This document shows positions 36,101-48,084 of a stretch of DNA of 64,000 nucleotides, piece after piece. A program made the position numbers and the translations under genes. The notes under the pieces were generated by a model. The model saw nothing but the letters and a program-made list of their open reading frames with translations. It searched no databases and was not told the origin of the DNA. Origin of the DNA: Haliotis cracherodii (lineage: Eukaryota). The stretch's first letter is position 1; each line of letters begins with the position of its first letter. The DNA lies in assembly GCF_022045235.1 (NCBI RefSeq), contig NW_027266275.1, positions 70,804,001 to 70,868,000 of the forward strand, written 5' to 3'.

Positions 36101-39100
36101 ATGACTGCATTTAATCGTTGAGCATGTACTTACTTTTAAGAAGTGCCTGTAGGACTGCATTTAATCGTTTAGAATGTACTTACTTTTAAGAAGTGCCTGT
36201 ATGACTGCATTTTATCGTTGAGCATGTACTTACTTTTAAGAAGTGCCTGTATGACTGCATTTAATCGTTGAGAATGTACTTACTTTTAAGAAGTGCCTGT
36301 ATGACTGCATTAACCAAAGTGGTTTCCTTTTCATCAATGTGCACAACCGTGATGAGCTCTCTTTTCTGTAGGCACTGTAGGATTTTGTACTGGCCAGCTT
36401 CGTCTATTTGCTCGTGAACTTTGGTAAACTCCTCCTTTACGCGGTCGCGTAACACGTCATCAATCACTGTGCCCGTCCTGTTCACATTGTATACATTGGA
36501 AAATAGAGGCAAATCAATTATCTTGCTCAAATATATTCTCATACATACATATAATATGATTATACTAGAACAATAGGCTCTGTTTTTATAGATGATGGAA
36601 TTACTTTATTCATAATCTTAACATAGACACTTTGTGGAACGAATGTTCTACTTCTACATACATCATAACATCATGTGAGATGTGTTTCTACATTTGGGTC
36701 AGTAAACAACTCACCATTCCTTTTCACTGTCACCAGAGGAACTAGTCCTGTCCTCTTTGGAGTTTATAAATACACTGGCGAAAACATCAGCCATACCACC
36801 TGTTCCCTGATAAAACAGATAATGACGGTTGTTAGCCACATATGCGAAGAAAAATGAACAAATTCCATTGTGAACAGTATAACCCTTCGTAGTGTACAAG
36901 TATATACATAGATATTCAGAAGACAAAGGGTTACTTAATGACCTCCTCGTTGATAACATCTATGCAAAATGTGAGGGTAAGACATTTAGGCAAGAAGTAA
37001 GCATCCCCATGGGCACCAAATGTGTCCCCTTCTTGCTGATCCGTTTCTTTATGCATATGAATTGGAATTTCTGCTTGGACTGACAAAGTCCAAACAAGGT
37101 CAACTGGCCAAGGAGTTACCTTAAGCCTAGGTATATCGATGATCTGATATCGTTCAATGACAATCAAATAGCCATTTCTCTTCCACTGGTTTACCCACCT
37201 GAACTAGAAATATTGGAGACCAGTGAGACCACCTCATCTGTTTCATATTTAGATCTATGCATAAAGATTCAGAGTGACAAAACGCTCTTCACAAGACTGT
37301 ATGACAAGACTGATGACTTCAAATTTCCAATGGTCAACTTTCCCTTCATGTCGAGCAATATTCCAGCAGCTCAAGCCTTTGGTGTTTACATTTCACAACT
37401 TTTGAGATACAAGCCCTTTCTTCCAAGATTTCAAAGAGCGTCATACGACTCTTGGTCTGAGGTTGTTTGATCAAGGTTACAACATTCAAGGCCTTAGTAA
37501 AGCTTTCGAAACGTTTTATGACAGACATGTGGGGGACATTTCCAAATTTGTCGAAACAGTGACAAATATGATGTCTGGTGCAATTCACTATTTTGACTTG
37601 TACCATATGTTACCGTGTTTTTTTCAGATGAACATTTTACTTGTCCTTGTATATATTTGTGACGGGTGCCATCGGTGGGGCACGATATGCTCAACTTTTC
37701 GTAAACACCTGGTATCATTACTATTTGATAGTGATTCATAAACACATGCCCATGATATAATAGCAAACGTACTATCGTCTCTGCTTTATGCAGCTATTTC
37801 TATTGGACATGGAAAGGGTTTGTCGCTTTATTTAAACAAGTAAACTGATGTATGGCTTCATGCTTATTACGAGCAAATAATGACCACTTGAAAAATGTCA
37901 TCGTTATCTTAACACATGTGATTCAACACCCGTGAAGATCCATGTTAGAATAGGTCTTCGGAAACCTATGCTTAACGTAAAAGGCGACTGTGTTTGTCAT
38001 AAGAGGCGACTAACAGGATCGGATGGTCAGGCGCGCTGAATTGGTTGATGCACGTCATCATGTCCAATTGCGTAGAGCGATGCTCATGATGTCAATGTTC
38101 CAGACATTCCTGAGCGTTAAACAACAAACAAACGAACATGTGATTTCACTGTCATTTTCGGCAATAATTGCCATCATATACGATATGAGGCATGTTATTA
38201 ATACTCTTATACAGTTAAAGCAATATCCTATTCTAATTTCAATTTACCTTCAATACAACCACAGGGACGTTGTTTTCTATTGCAGACTGGACTCCATCGA
38301 GAACGTAAGCCCATCCACAATACAACACGGCCACCAATGGTATAGAGGATGTTCCTTGATAAATCAGTTATCCAAATTTACAGTTTGCATAATATATTAT
38401 ATCACATTAAATTTGTTAACGGATGTAATCATTGTATGTTTCTATTTCTCTGATAATGTTAATTATTTAAAGAAAGTAATCATTTAATTTATGGTATGGT
38501 TCGTAATTAATATTTTGAAACATTTACATTTGTTGCAACAGGTCATCATTTCGTTGTAATCACCTTCTGAATGCTTTGTCATTGATGTTTCTAATCTCAT
38601 TCTAAAATCTTGGAACGACTTGTGAACATGTGACGGATTAAGAGATCCGTCATCCACCAGGAGGTGATGCTTGTACAGAGCACTGGGTCTGTTTCCTTGT
38701 TTCTTCTCTGGTAATTGAGGCTATATCAAATTTTTAACATGAAACTCATTGCCAATGTGTTTAGTCTAAAACATGTGTCTCAAGGGACTCCCCAAATCCA
38801 TCACTACATAATTGTTCACAAGATTTATCCTCTGAGGTCCGAGGCAGATGATTATTAGCTGTGATCCTTTTTTTAGGAGGATACCAAAACAGAGATCGGT
38901 TGGTTGCAATGCGTTCTCAGTCTGTTTACCACTGGTCTAACTTGTCCAGATTCAATGTACAGGTTGATTTTCAATAAAGATGTAATATTGCTGAATGGGG
39001 TTTCATCTGTAAATAATAACCTTTCATACGTTTCAATAAATATTTTCAAACCGTTTAATTTAAGTTATTATCCTTTTGATCAAACCTGTTTTTACTATTT

Positions 39101-42100
39101 GCGTTCATTAACGACTCTCTTGTCCAACGTCATCAAGATCAAAAGACCATACGATACATGAATATAAAAGATAATTTATAAGTCGTTTTGAAGTATTGAA
39201 GTGTATACCTGCTCGGTTTCAAGTTCTTTAATAACTTCGTCGTCAACTCCTGCCCACGCATACACTCCGACAGGTGTTATGTATTTAGAAGGCTCATCTC
39301 TGATATAATCTCCAACCATTTTTGCAATCCCATAATTTATGCCTTCGGTTGTAATCCAAATATCTGACAAAAAAATGGGTGATATGTACAAGATAATTAT
39401 GATTATGTACATGTTTATATTCGTTACAATTCTTACGGCAATCATGAATACGGTATGTTACAAAACATATCACAGTGGAAATTATATATAAGATACCTTA
39501 TCTGTTATCTAATGCTGTTTACATGAATCTTACTTTGTCCATTGGAAAACGACTTCATTAAGCATTTCAGCTGGAACCTAATTTCCTTCTCCTTTGCATC
39601 CGCTTGTTCATGTTTATCTCCTATGACAGAGAACATCCACTTTGGCTTAGGCAGTCTCCATACCTCCAGCAAGAGATGCTCAACGATCGACATATCACTC
39701 TCAACATCGATACGAACATACTGTAAAACAAAAGCACATTTTGGAAACACTTAACTTTAACTTAACTTTACTTGCAGCTCCTTTATTATTTTTTGTAATG
39801 GACTAAACTAAAGTCTTCAAGTTTAATCTTTATACACTATGTTTAAGGATTGTTTTTCACTTTGCTTTTGCATTAATCGAAGGATAAAAGTCAACGAGTG
39901 TATAAAATCATGTAGCGTAGTATCATGTTAAGAATGGTGACATTACGTTATGCTGCAATAGAATATTCTCCTTTGAAGAATTTATTTTATTAGTTCACAA
40001 CTGGTGCACTCGTAATCATTTTGACAGTCCACTACATCGGAGTTCACGATACTGTTTTTATATATTGTTTCAAATATTGCATACATTCAATTTTGATCAA
40101 TCAATCGGAATCGCCGAAAACAGGAAAACAAACACTCGCTTTGTAATTGTGTCTAATGGTACAAGGTATTTTCCCTAACATGGCACCTGGTGGGGCACAC
40201 CTATCCCCTGTTTGTAGTGAAGGAAGGACATCTTTAAGTAATCTGAACAGATGCTGTATTTTTGTATGGAGACATGAACCTGTAGCTGTGATCTGGCTGT
40301 TTGTTTAAACATTTTCTCGGTCCTTGGTGCTCATTGTACCTATCTACTTTGAATTACGCCTTAACAGTTGATGCCATCCGAATTGACGCCATCCGATACG
40401 ACATGTAGAGTTGTATCAAATATTGTTTTAGAGATGGTGTCACTTATATAGCGTTCCATAGTGCATGTGGAATACTATCCATCCATAACATAAGGTGACA
40501 AGTTGTATTAACGCACCCGTGAAGTCTTGCCTTCTTCGCCGAAGTATATCTTTCCATAGTTCCTGCAAGTTTCAGATGCTGTGTTCCGCGATGTTGACCA
40601 GTCCTCGTCATTTATTGAATCGGGGTCCTGGTGTTCACTCTCACTGCGCCAACATTTGCAGGAAGCTTTCCTCTGTAATCTGCGATAAGGCGATACCGAA
40701 ATTGTTGTTAGTTATGTCAGTTGGCAAGGAATCACAGAATGTTTATATCTTTGATAGTTTCTGTATTTCCTAGTAAGCAAAAAAGAATTGTCTGCGTTTC
40801 AAATGTGACAAAATACTGTCTTTATGAAACAATGTATTAGCTAGAACAAGACTTGGTAACCCACATACGGACAAACGGAAAATATTATTTGTGTAGTTGA
40901 ACTTAATATCACGTTAGTTCACTCATCAGACGGAATGGTCGACCCAAGGATTCAATTGTCATACACCTACCTGATGTCACTGATGTCCAGCTGATAGTGT
41001 CCCTTCACATTTCTACGAACCGAAAACGCTTTGACTTCCCAAATGTGTTTGATACACATGAATGTGACTTTCAACTTTCTACGATATTTGCAGCTTCCTT
41101 TTTTGTAATGATAGCATTTTCTTTTAATGTTAATCTGTGTAATTTGTGGTTACTGATTGTACACACGAGATGCACGTGTTTGTCCAGGAATAGTAATACC
41201 TGTATAATGATAACTGCCAATCAGGTCGACAGTTCGCGTGGCCTCATTGCATTATTGCAGTTTTCTGATTTGTAACCTTACATTTGCTTTGACTCGAGAT
41301 ACATCATTTGTCTCATGCAGGATTAGCACGTAAAATTTGGAAATCACGTGCAGCAGATCGTGATAAGAATCAAGAGGCTCCGTGGTAACACTTGACTGAT
41401 TGTTAGTTTGGTCACTACTTGGTACACATTGGAAACATATCTTCATAATGAAAATATCTCCATATGTTTCAATAGTTCGCTTTTCCTTTGGCGGTGAGTA
41501 TATATATTATTGGTGTGTCCTCGACTATTCTGGTTCCGCATCGGATGTATAAATATATTCTGATGAGCATGACACAGATGGCAGCAGGTAGGAAGTATGT
41601 ATCAGTGCAATATAACCGTTACAACACGTAAATCATCATTTATTGAAAGATAAACAGTAAAATTCCGAATCATATATTATATTGATGTATATGGTGAAAC
41701 GACTCACCGTACTATTGATGCATAGCAACTGTTCATAGCCTGGTGACAACTTAAAATATCAACAGTTCACATTGATACAGAGTTATTAATTATATCGATA
41801 GAAGTAATGAATGAAAATAGTACGACTGTTCATCAGTGACATTAGCTCCTATGCCTGTGTGTCAAACCTGGTGTAAACAGAAATGGAGGTATTGTCTGGT
41901 TCACTGGTACTTGATTGTGCGGTCAAAAACCTGTGGGCCGTCGTATGGCAGTGGCACGTCTGTGCAGCGTTTTGACTAACAGTCACACGCAGTCACACAT
42001 GTAAAACATGTTGTTGTGTCAATTTAGCATAGTCTGCCTGATGAGCATAATGTTGGTGGTTCGATGCTCTGGTCGCGTCATGACAAAAGACTTGTCACCC

Positions 42101-43750
42101 TGCCTGGCATCAAGGGGATGAAACAAGGTGTGGTCGATCGGATTCAGTAAGCTGTGTATCCAGGTTAAGTTGCGGCACGGTATCCCTGTGGGTTGGCACT
42201 ATGCAACCGGTATAAATCCGGAGCAGTACAAAACGCACGCTTTATTAAACCCCATTTCACCTCACCTCTACTTAAACACGACCGTTGTTAAGGAACACCG
42301 TTGTGTTGCTTTCGTAGATAGATAGCTTAATGTAAAGTTATACTGACATGTGTCAGGTCTAGAACGTAGGGAGAAGACACCTCGTTATTCATCTAAACGT
42401 CTTTGTGTACTTTATCACCGAGTCCGCTGTTCAAATCTTTGTTTACTCTAGTGACTCACATACAAAAGAACACTATACTCAGACAGCGAATGACAACGTC
42501 CTGCTTTGGTTGTGATAAGCAGTTTCAGCAGTCTCGGGAAGATGTCCTTTTTAGATAACGTCATTGAATGTGAAAATATTAAATATTTCAATATCGAAAA
42601 AGTGTTTTATACAGTGTGCACGTTCATTACCATATATTGGGAACAGAAAATGCGCACCACCGCAAATATTCATATATGCACAGACAGCATCTTTCAACTT
42701 CAATCCTATCAACGGGAACGGCAGGGTAACCTGTTTGTTAGCTTAGTCACGTTGAAGACCTGGGTTCGATTTCCGACATGGGTACAATGTGTGAGTCCAT
42801 TCGTGTAGTCCCGTCCAGTGGTGATAGGCTCACTAACACATGACGATGAAGAACGCTGACAATGCAGCTGTAGATTTACATGCACGAGATTAAAGACTTA
42901 CCTAGGAAATACTGACAATGCAGCTGTAGATCTACATGCATGAGATTAAAGACTTACCAAGAAAACACTGACAATGCAGCTGTAGATCTACATGCATGAG
43001 ATTAAAGACTTACCTAGGAAACACTGACAATGCAGCTGTAGATCTACATGCACGAGATTAAAGACTTACCTAGGAAACACTGACAATGTCGGCTATAGAT
43101 TTACATGCACGAGATTAAAGACTTACCAAGAACACTGACAATGCACTAGTTTAGAGACTTACCAAGAAAACACTGACAATGCACTAGTTTAAAGACTTAC
43201 CTAGGAAATACTGACAATGCAGCTGTAGATCTACATGCATGAGATTAAAGACTTACCTAGGAAATACTGACAATGCAGCTGTAGATCTACATGCACGAGA
43301 TTAAAGACTTACCAAGAAAACACTGACAATGCACTAGTTTAAAGACTTACCGAGAAAACCCTGACAATGCAGCTGTAGATCTACATGCACGAGATTAAAG
43401 ACTTACCAAGAAAACACTGACAATGCACTAGTTTAAAGACTTACCGAGAAAATCCTGACAATGCAGCTGTAGATCTACATGCACGAGATTAAAGACTTAC
43501 CTAGGAAACACTGACAATGCAGCTGTAGATCTACATGCACGAGATTAAAGACTTACCTAGGAAATACTGACAATGCAGCTGTAGATCTACATGCACGAGA
43601 TTAAAGACTTACCAAGAAAACACTGACAATGCACTAGATTTAAGACTTACCGAGAAAACACTGACAATGCACCAGATTAAAGACTTACCGAGAAAACACT
43701 GTACATTTTCTTTGTCGGATATTTGTTCTGATCCACGTATCTTCATCCAT
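21166..43750 (-). CDS. TRPM-family cation channel (~1087 aa, 23 coding exons), no NUDT9-H or alpha-kinase domain
   Basis: Exons 43750-43689, 40679-40517, 39720-39534, 39363-39209, 38720-38564, 38354-38248, 36806-36715, 36477-36284, 35010-34891, 34567-34437, 34289-34152, 33659-33559, 32638-32419, 31589-31552, 31398-31329, 31021-30893, 29535-29230, 28971-28797, 28019-27854, 27074-26899, 25646-25541, 21884-21822, 21373-21166; all GT-AG and phase-consistent, 3264 nt. Motifs: WIRTNIRQRKC, YVRI, WRLPKP, IWITTEG, HLLVDDG, GTGGMAD, LMMWAV...FWKKG, WEEIRQ, YWNILD, MGPVLEMI, FWNLFGEL, LLLNILIARF, EYYSKPPVPPPF, terminal coiled coil. Probable 5'UTR exon donor at 44072. Confidence 0.92.
22630..22835 (+). 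mobile_element. Mariner transposase C-terminal remnant
   Basis: ELSGKHYANDEDVMSAL...IQTLQHRWQKCVDL.GDYVEQ* with frameshifts. Confidence 0.75.
23337..23573 (-). mobile_element. SINE family D
   Basis: Reverse complement of the 14991 element; flanked by ttgaagttgca repeats. Confidence 0.85.
23660..24960 (+). pseudogene. GT31 beta-1,3-galactosyltransferase-like pseudogene nested antisense in a TRPM intron
   Basis: Ordered GT31 motifs: possible TM anchor FTVGVSVVIVYLYLLHIL (~23670), RRKAIRQTYG (24327), YRNLTLKVL (24451), KYVFKADDDTF (24513), GRWGINETVYPFSKFPNHAGGCTYVM and IEYVFITGIM; disrupted by stops, frameshifts and deletions. Confidence 0.82.
23971..24184. repeat. 36-bp tandem repeat, ~6 copies
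   Basis: Unit aaatcggtttagataaatcaagactacaacaacact. Confidence 0.92.
26518..26660 (+). mobile_element. SINE family B, 5' part
   Basis: gaccgcttccttggtgtagtg...gtacttgttgttaccctgcctggcgct. Confidence 0.65.
27430..27870. repeat. Degenerate tandem copies of the TRPM S6 exon end and splice donor
   Basis: Variants of tacctgaatcttgc at ~27452, 27500, 27550, 27585, 27645 and 27761; true donor junction at 27854. Confidence 0.55.
28339..28506 (-). mobile_element. SINE family A
   Basis: Full copy; TSD taaat(a/g)ttagga. Confidence 0.9.
28666..28785. repeat. Palindromic MITE-like element
   Basis: ctcaccctcgtgtc...tgtcaaatatatcaacac versus gtgttgatatatttgata...gacactcgggtgag. Confidence 0.65.
29945..30115 (+). 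mobile_element. SINE family D, 3' part
   Basis: gactatgtttctaggtttgtcagc...cccaactcactca. Confidence 0.82.
30140..30850 (+). mobile_element. Penelope-like RT fragment with 3' module, interrupted by a family C SINE (30450-30715, minus)
   Basis: GTFRQGVGMPMGTN...DLFLHAYESEW; SINE flanked by TSD cgcaaacatctggt. Confidence 0.75.
31856..32360 (+). mobile_element. Two adjacent family C SINEs (core gtcgtaagaggcgactaa)
   Basis: gacccgtgaagatc...cagcaacccatgc...gtcgtaagaggcgactaa...atagctggaatattgc; second copy more degraded. Confidence 0.8.
33003..33277 (-). mobile_element. SINE family D, full length
   Basis: TSD tgtaactaccatga. Confidence 0.9.
33850..34050 (-). mobile_element. SINE family C
   Basis: cagacaatccagtgat...ttagtcgccttttacgacaagca. 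Confidence 0.72.
35153..35510 (+). mobile_element. SINE family B with internal (CA)n
   Basis: tRNA-like head, ggtacttgttgctatcctggctggcgct core, tail acgttaaaccccatttcacctca. Confidence 0.85.
35811..36310. repeat. 50-bp tandem array x10 containing a TRPM exon end and 5' splice site
   Basis: Minus-strand unit ATGCAGTCATACAGGCACTTCTTAAAA|GTAAGTACATGCTCAACGATTAA; the rightmost copy is the real exon end (36284). Confidence 0.95.
36860..37830 (+). mobile_element. Penelope-like retroelement RT C-terminal region plus 3' module (possibly Naiad-type; no C-terminal GIY-YIG seen)
   Basis: LLVDNIY...FRQEVSIPMGTKC, RYIDDL, SVSYLDL, LYDKTDDFKFPMVNFPFMSSNIP and GVYISQLLRY. Confidence 0.82.
37928..38135 (+). 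mobile_element. SINE family C (internally deleted)
   Basis: acccgtgaagatcc...aagaggcgactaacaggatcgg. Confidence 0.75.
42855..43701. repeat. Composite 56-bp/38-bp tandem array containing ~17 copies of the first coding exon's 5' splice site
   Basis: Minus-strand unit ...cagTGTTTTCT(C/T)G|GTAAGTCTTTAA...; real donor junction at 43689. Confidence 0.93.
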
Positions 43751-44631
43751 TTTCTAATGAACAAAAACAATCATTAATACATGAATCGATATAATTGATG
43801 CAACATAAACGCATCACTTCAATGTACACCATGATCTAGTATGGTCTGAATATATTAACGCATACACACACACAAACGTGTTGCTAAGTAAACAAACACA
43901 ACTGCATGGTCTCGGGAATGTTTACTGTTATTATTGATGATCTTGTAGTTACCACCTCTGGTCAAAATACTATATCCTCTCATGTTGTGCGTCATATGCA
44001 AGCATATATTCCTCTTGTGTTGTCAGTAGTCGTCTACTGCTGTACAAAGATTGAACATCATGGATACTCACTGTTGTGACTTCCTGGTCCCGTTATTCAC
44101 TTGCCTTGTCACAAATTCCAAATGCAGGTCGTTATTGATTATCAATAAGTCCAATCGATTACTTCTGGCGTAGATCTCACCAATCAACCGATGTCACGCC
44201 TTGGCAGTCAACTGACACAACAAACTATGCAGTTGCCTAGTTAAAATGATTGCATGGGGTGAGGGTGTTCTTTCATATCTGTTGGAGCGTGCCATACATA
44301 TGTCATTGATAGCCATAAAGCAGGCTTAAGCAACCGGGGTCACATAGCTAGTTTACCGCTTGAAGTTTAGTTGGGATATCAGCCGAGAGTTCTTTTATTG
44401 CCTCTTGTCGCGTATCAAAATTGGGATCAAAATCTTAGGGGTGTGTATTGTTGGAAGACAATGCGAACAGTGGATTTGGGTTCAGTGCAGCTTTGAACAG
44501 TATGCTATTTATATAACTGCGACTCAGTTTAATGTGGAAGGACGTCCCTATCTGGTGCATATTTTAGTTGTTGACTTCTTAGAGTGTGAGTGGATTACGC
44601 TATCTGGTGTGACTGGGTTTCTTTTCCAACA

Positions 44632-44797
44632 GGGGCGGTCGGGTAGTCTGGTGGTTAAAGCGTTCGCTCGTCACGCTGAAAACCCGGGTTCGATTACCGA
44701 CATGGGTAAAATCTGTGAAGCCCATTTCTGGTGTCCCCTGCCGTGATATTGCTGGAATATTGCTAAAAGCAGCGTAAAATCAAACTCACTCACTCAC
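44632..44797 (+). mobile_element. SINE family A
   Basis: TSD cttttccaaca. Confidence 0.9.
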
Positions 44798-45264
44798 GCT
44801 TTTCCAACACTTGTGTGTCTGGTCTGTTTACTTGTCGCCGTCGCATTAAAGGAGGACTGCTCTGTCAGGCAACAAATACATACTTTTATGCAAATTGTGT
44901 GGGTGGCAGGTGCCTACCCTTTCTGTGAACTCACTGATCTTCAGTGCTCCATTCATAAAACTTTAACGGCCAGTTTGCCTTTCACACCCAATCATAATCA
45001 AGACTGGTTATTCTCTGGCGTTGACGTTAAATGTACACTAGGACATGTCTGGTGGTGAAAAGCCAAAGGACCAACATTCATAATTAGGGAGAATCTGCGA
45101 TTCGCACACAGGAACATAAGATCATGGCACGCCTAAGGGACACAACTCTTCCCAGCAATTTACAGCCCAGGCGACATGGCCAGCGGCTACACACACCTGG
45201 GTTTAAGGGTTGGCGGCACTATGATACATCTCTCACATAATGTTACATTCACATCAAATTTTGA

Positions 45265-45430
45265 AGGCGGTCGGAGAGCCTAGTGGTTAAAGCGTTCGCT
45301 CGTCGCGCCGAAGACCCGGGTTCGATTTCCGACATGGGTAAAATGTGTGAAGCCCATTTCTGGTTCCCCCGCTGTGATATTGCTGGAATATTGCTAAAAG
45401 CAGCGTAAAACCATACTCACTCACTCACTC
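45265..45430 (+). mobile_element. SINE family A
   Basis: TSD tcaaattttga. Confidence 0.9.
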
Positions 45431-45629
45431 AAATTTTGATGTTGAAATTTAATCAGTGTTTGTTTAAATTTATGCAAAGAATTGTACTGATCTGGTTATA
45501 CAAATACACCTTTCACTTTCAATATAGCAACAAGTTACAAGTTGTACCAACCATCCATTATCAAGCTCATGTAAATGTAAATAAAAGGGACAAAACCCTT
45601 TCCATATTCATAAGGATATATGGCAAAAG

Positions 45630-45760
45630 CAGACACGATCGTACGATTCCGACTATGTCATGAACATCTGTTTTTGAAACTCTATCAAATAGATACCAGG
45701 TGTTCGTGAAATTAGCAAGTATGTTCTGCCCAACCGACAGTCCCACACAGACGTATGCAT
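45630..45760 (-). mobile_element. Penelope-like 3' module, solo copy
   Basis: Reverse complement reads cacgaacacctggtatctatttgatagag...catgacatagtcggaatcgtac. Confidence 0.6.
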
Positions 45761-45796
45761 CCCAAACGTGTGTCATAAAGACCTTCAAACCTTGAA

Positions 45797-45960
45797 GGTA
45801 GGTGGGGTAGCCCAGTGGTTAAAGCGTTCGCCCGTCACGCAGAATATCCCGGGTTCGATTCCCGACATGGGTACATTGTGTGAAGCCAATTCCCGGTGTC
45901 CCCCGCCGCGATGTCGCTGGAATATTGCTAAAAGCGGCGTAAAATCATACTCACTCACCC
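45797..45960 (+). mobile_element. SINE family A
   Basis: TSD caaaccttg. Confidence 0.9.
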
Positions 45961-46476
45961 AAACCTTGTATTCGATATAAATTACAAATAAATTCAACCA
46001 CAGTGGATCTTCTAAACACAAATATCTTAACGTAAATCCACGTTTTACTGAGTAAGTTAACAATTTCAACAAAGATCACTAAAAGATTCGTGTACAAGAG
46101 CGAATGAATATTATGAAAACAATAACAATTACTTATTATTCATTAAGTAGTGTGAGCCATATGTCCATTCTACGCTACAGATACTACAGAGAGAAACATT
46201 TGTCTTTGTCTGGCTATGTTCATTCTCTGTAAAAGTAGCCGGAAGTGGTGATATATACTATTTCAATGGCGATCTAAACGGCATCAAGCTTCCCTGGTCT
46301 ACCTGACGCATATGTCTGTTGTGTTCACAAAATTCGCATAGTCACTTGTCACAAACATCGTAATATTTATGAAGTTTCTGTTATAATGAATGGTTAAGAT
46401 CAGTTAAGAATAGACTTTCACACTGTGTGAGTTCATTGGAGTGTGTACCTTCACAGAGTGAGTTCCAAACTGTATG

Positions 46477-46535
46477 CCGCCGTGATATTGCTGGAATATT
46501 GCTAAAAGCGGCGTAAAACCATACTCACTCACTCC
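46477..46535 (+). mobile_element. SINE family A, 3' tail only
   Basis: TSD ccaaactgtatg. Confidence 0.85.
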
Positions 46536-47253
46536 CAAACTGTATGAACGTCGGAGCTTGCGACTTATAATTTTTTATCACAATTTCTTACCTCAAAGGA
46601 TGTAGGCCAAGATCTATACACAATTTTATTTAGTACGTGTGACTTCATGTTTGCAATGACAGCTATACAACAACCAGCTGTATCGCGGAATAAAATAGTT
46701 CCTCAAAAAGAGAGGTGGCATGAGCGTATGGATGCACAACTTGCTCTTCAGAAACATCTTACGCAACACATGTATTCAAATAATATCACCGTTAGATGAG
46801 AAAGATCTGCAAAGAACTAACCCAGTAAGTCAGTCACAATGACAGCGCGTCGTAATACATTTATGTTAAGTACATGACGCCAAAATGGCTGACACGATAA
46901 ACGTGAAGGGAGAGATTTCGGGAGTTGCTAATGAACCTATGGCGGTTACATGTTTTAGTCATCATTGATCAATTGGCCGATCATTGAAAGGTGAATACAG
47001 ATGTGTCAAATAGACACTAAGGTAAAGTCAAAGATTGCTTTAGACAGTCACTGTCAACCTAGACACGGATCGAGTCGATACTACTATAGTTTGTCTCTGC
47101 ATTTCTTCCTTTTGTTCACCAGGACGGGTCGCAGCGAGGATTTCGTGAACGATCGTGGTCAAACTCTGACGTTTCTCAGTGTATACTAAAACGCTCAGGT
47201 CAAGATTACAGGGTCAATGATCAGAAAGAACGCTTCTGTAGGTATTCGTGCCA

Positions 47254-47274
47254 GGGAATTCCCAGGGGTTTCCC
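47254..47274. promoter_or_regulatory. Two adjacent NF-kB (Rel) consensus sites
   Basis: GGGAATTCCC (47254-47263) and GGGGTTTCCC (47265-47274) both fit GGGRNWYYCC; upstream of the minus-strand TRPM gene. Confidence 0.45.
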
Positions 47275-48084
47275 AAGGAATGTGGAAGTAGTCCGTCAGT
47301 GTTTACGTCATTTCAAGAATACGGTCACGTGAAGAACGTATGAACGTCAAATTGTGTCGTCCATACACTTATGAATATCAATTTCGCGGTCAGGTGACCG
47401 ACCTCTCATCCAATTGAAACGCCGTATATCACGTAAACTTCAAAATTAAAAAATATTCATGTTTGTCCTTGAGTAGATATAGTCATGTAATGTCTCATGT
47501 TAGGGACTATGCCATTCCGACTGCTGATGCAAAGGGGAGATACGTATGTTGTATACACGTGAAAACAATAAAATTCAAACAGAATAAACGTATCGATGTA
47601 ATAAAAGGTATTCTACTATGTTCAGCTGAAGTATAATGCTTATCTACTATAATGCAAGATCAAATCACGTTACTTGCCTAGGTCACGCTAACGCGAACAA
47701 CAATCACCAATGGACGATTTGTGCGTCCTTTGAACAGGCAAAGAGCACACAAGGTAGGCTGACAAAGAAACACAAAGCATGCTTCATTGATCAAGGGGGG
47801 TAATGTACACCACCATACATGTACCCTGTACGATATGGTTTTGTTTAAGGTCACTGTCAGCAATATTCCAGCTATATCACGGCAGTCTGTACAAAATGGA
47901 GTCTGGTCCAGATTATGAACAACGTCCCATGCCGTTGGGGCACAATGGCACGCAAATGGCCTATCTACAGAGCAGGACTATCCGACCAGTGTTAGTCGCC
48001 TCTTACAAAGTCGTACGTGTGCATTGTAAGCTTAACTAATTCTGCCCGTATATGTTTCAGGTGAATAAGTGACTTGGCTTTGTG

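Noticed and set aside
40960-42560. Additional TRPM exon candidates (e.g. 41985-41868, 41750-41708)
   Set aside because: Splice-like sites exist, but 43689 joins 40679 in frame with continuous TRPM homology, so they are not needed.
35811-43701. CRISPR-like arrays
   Set aside because: Eukaryotic context, no unique spacers and no cas genes; these are simple tandem repeats.
21166-43750. Assigning TRPM2 or TRPM7 orthology
   Set aside because: No NUDT9-H or kinase domain and high divergence; needs a phylogeny.
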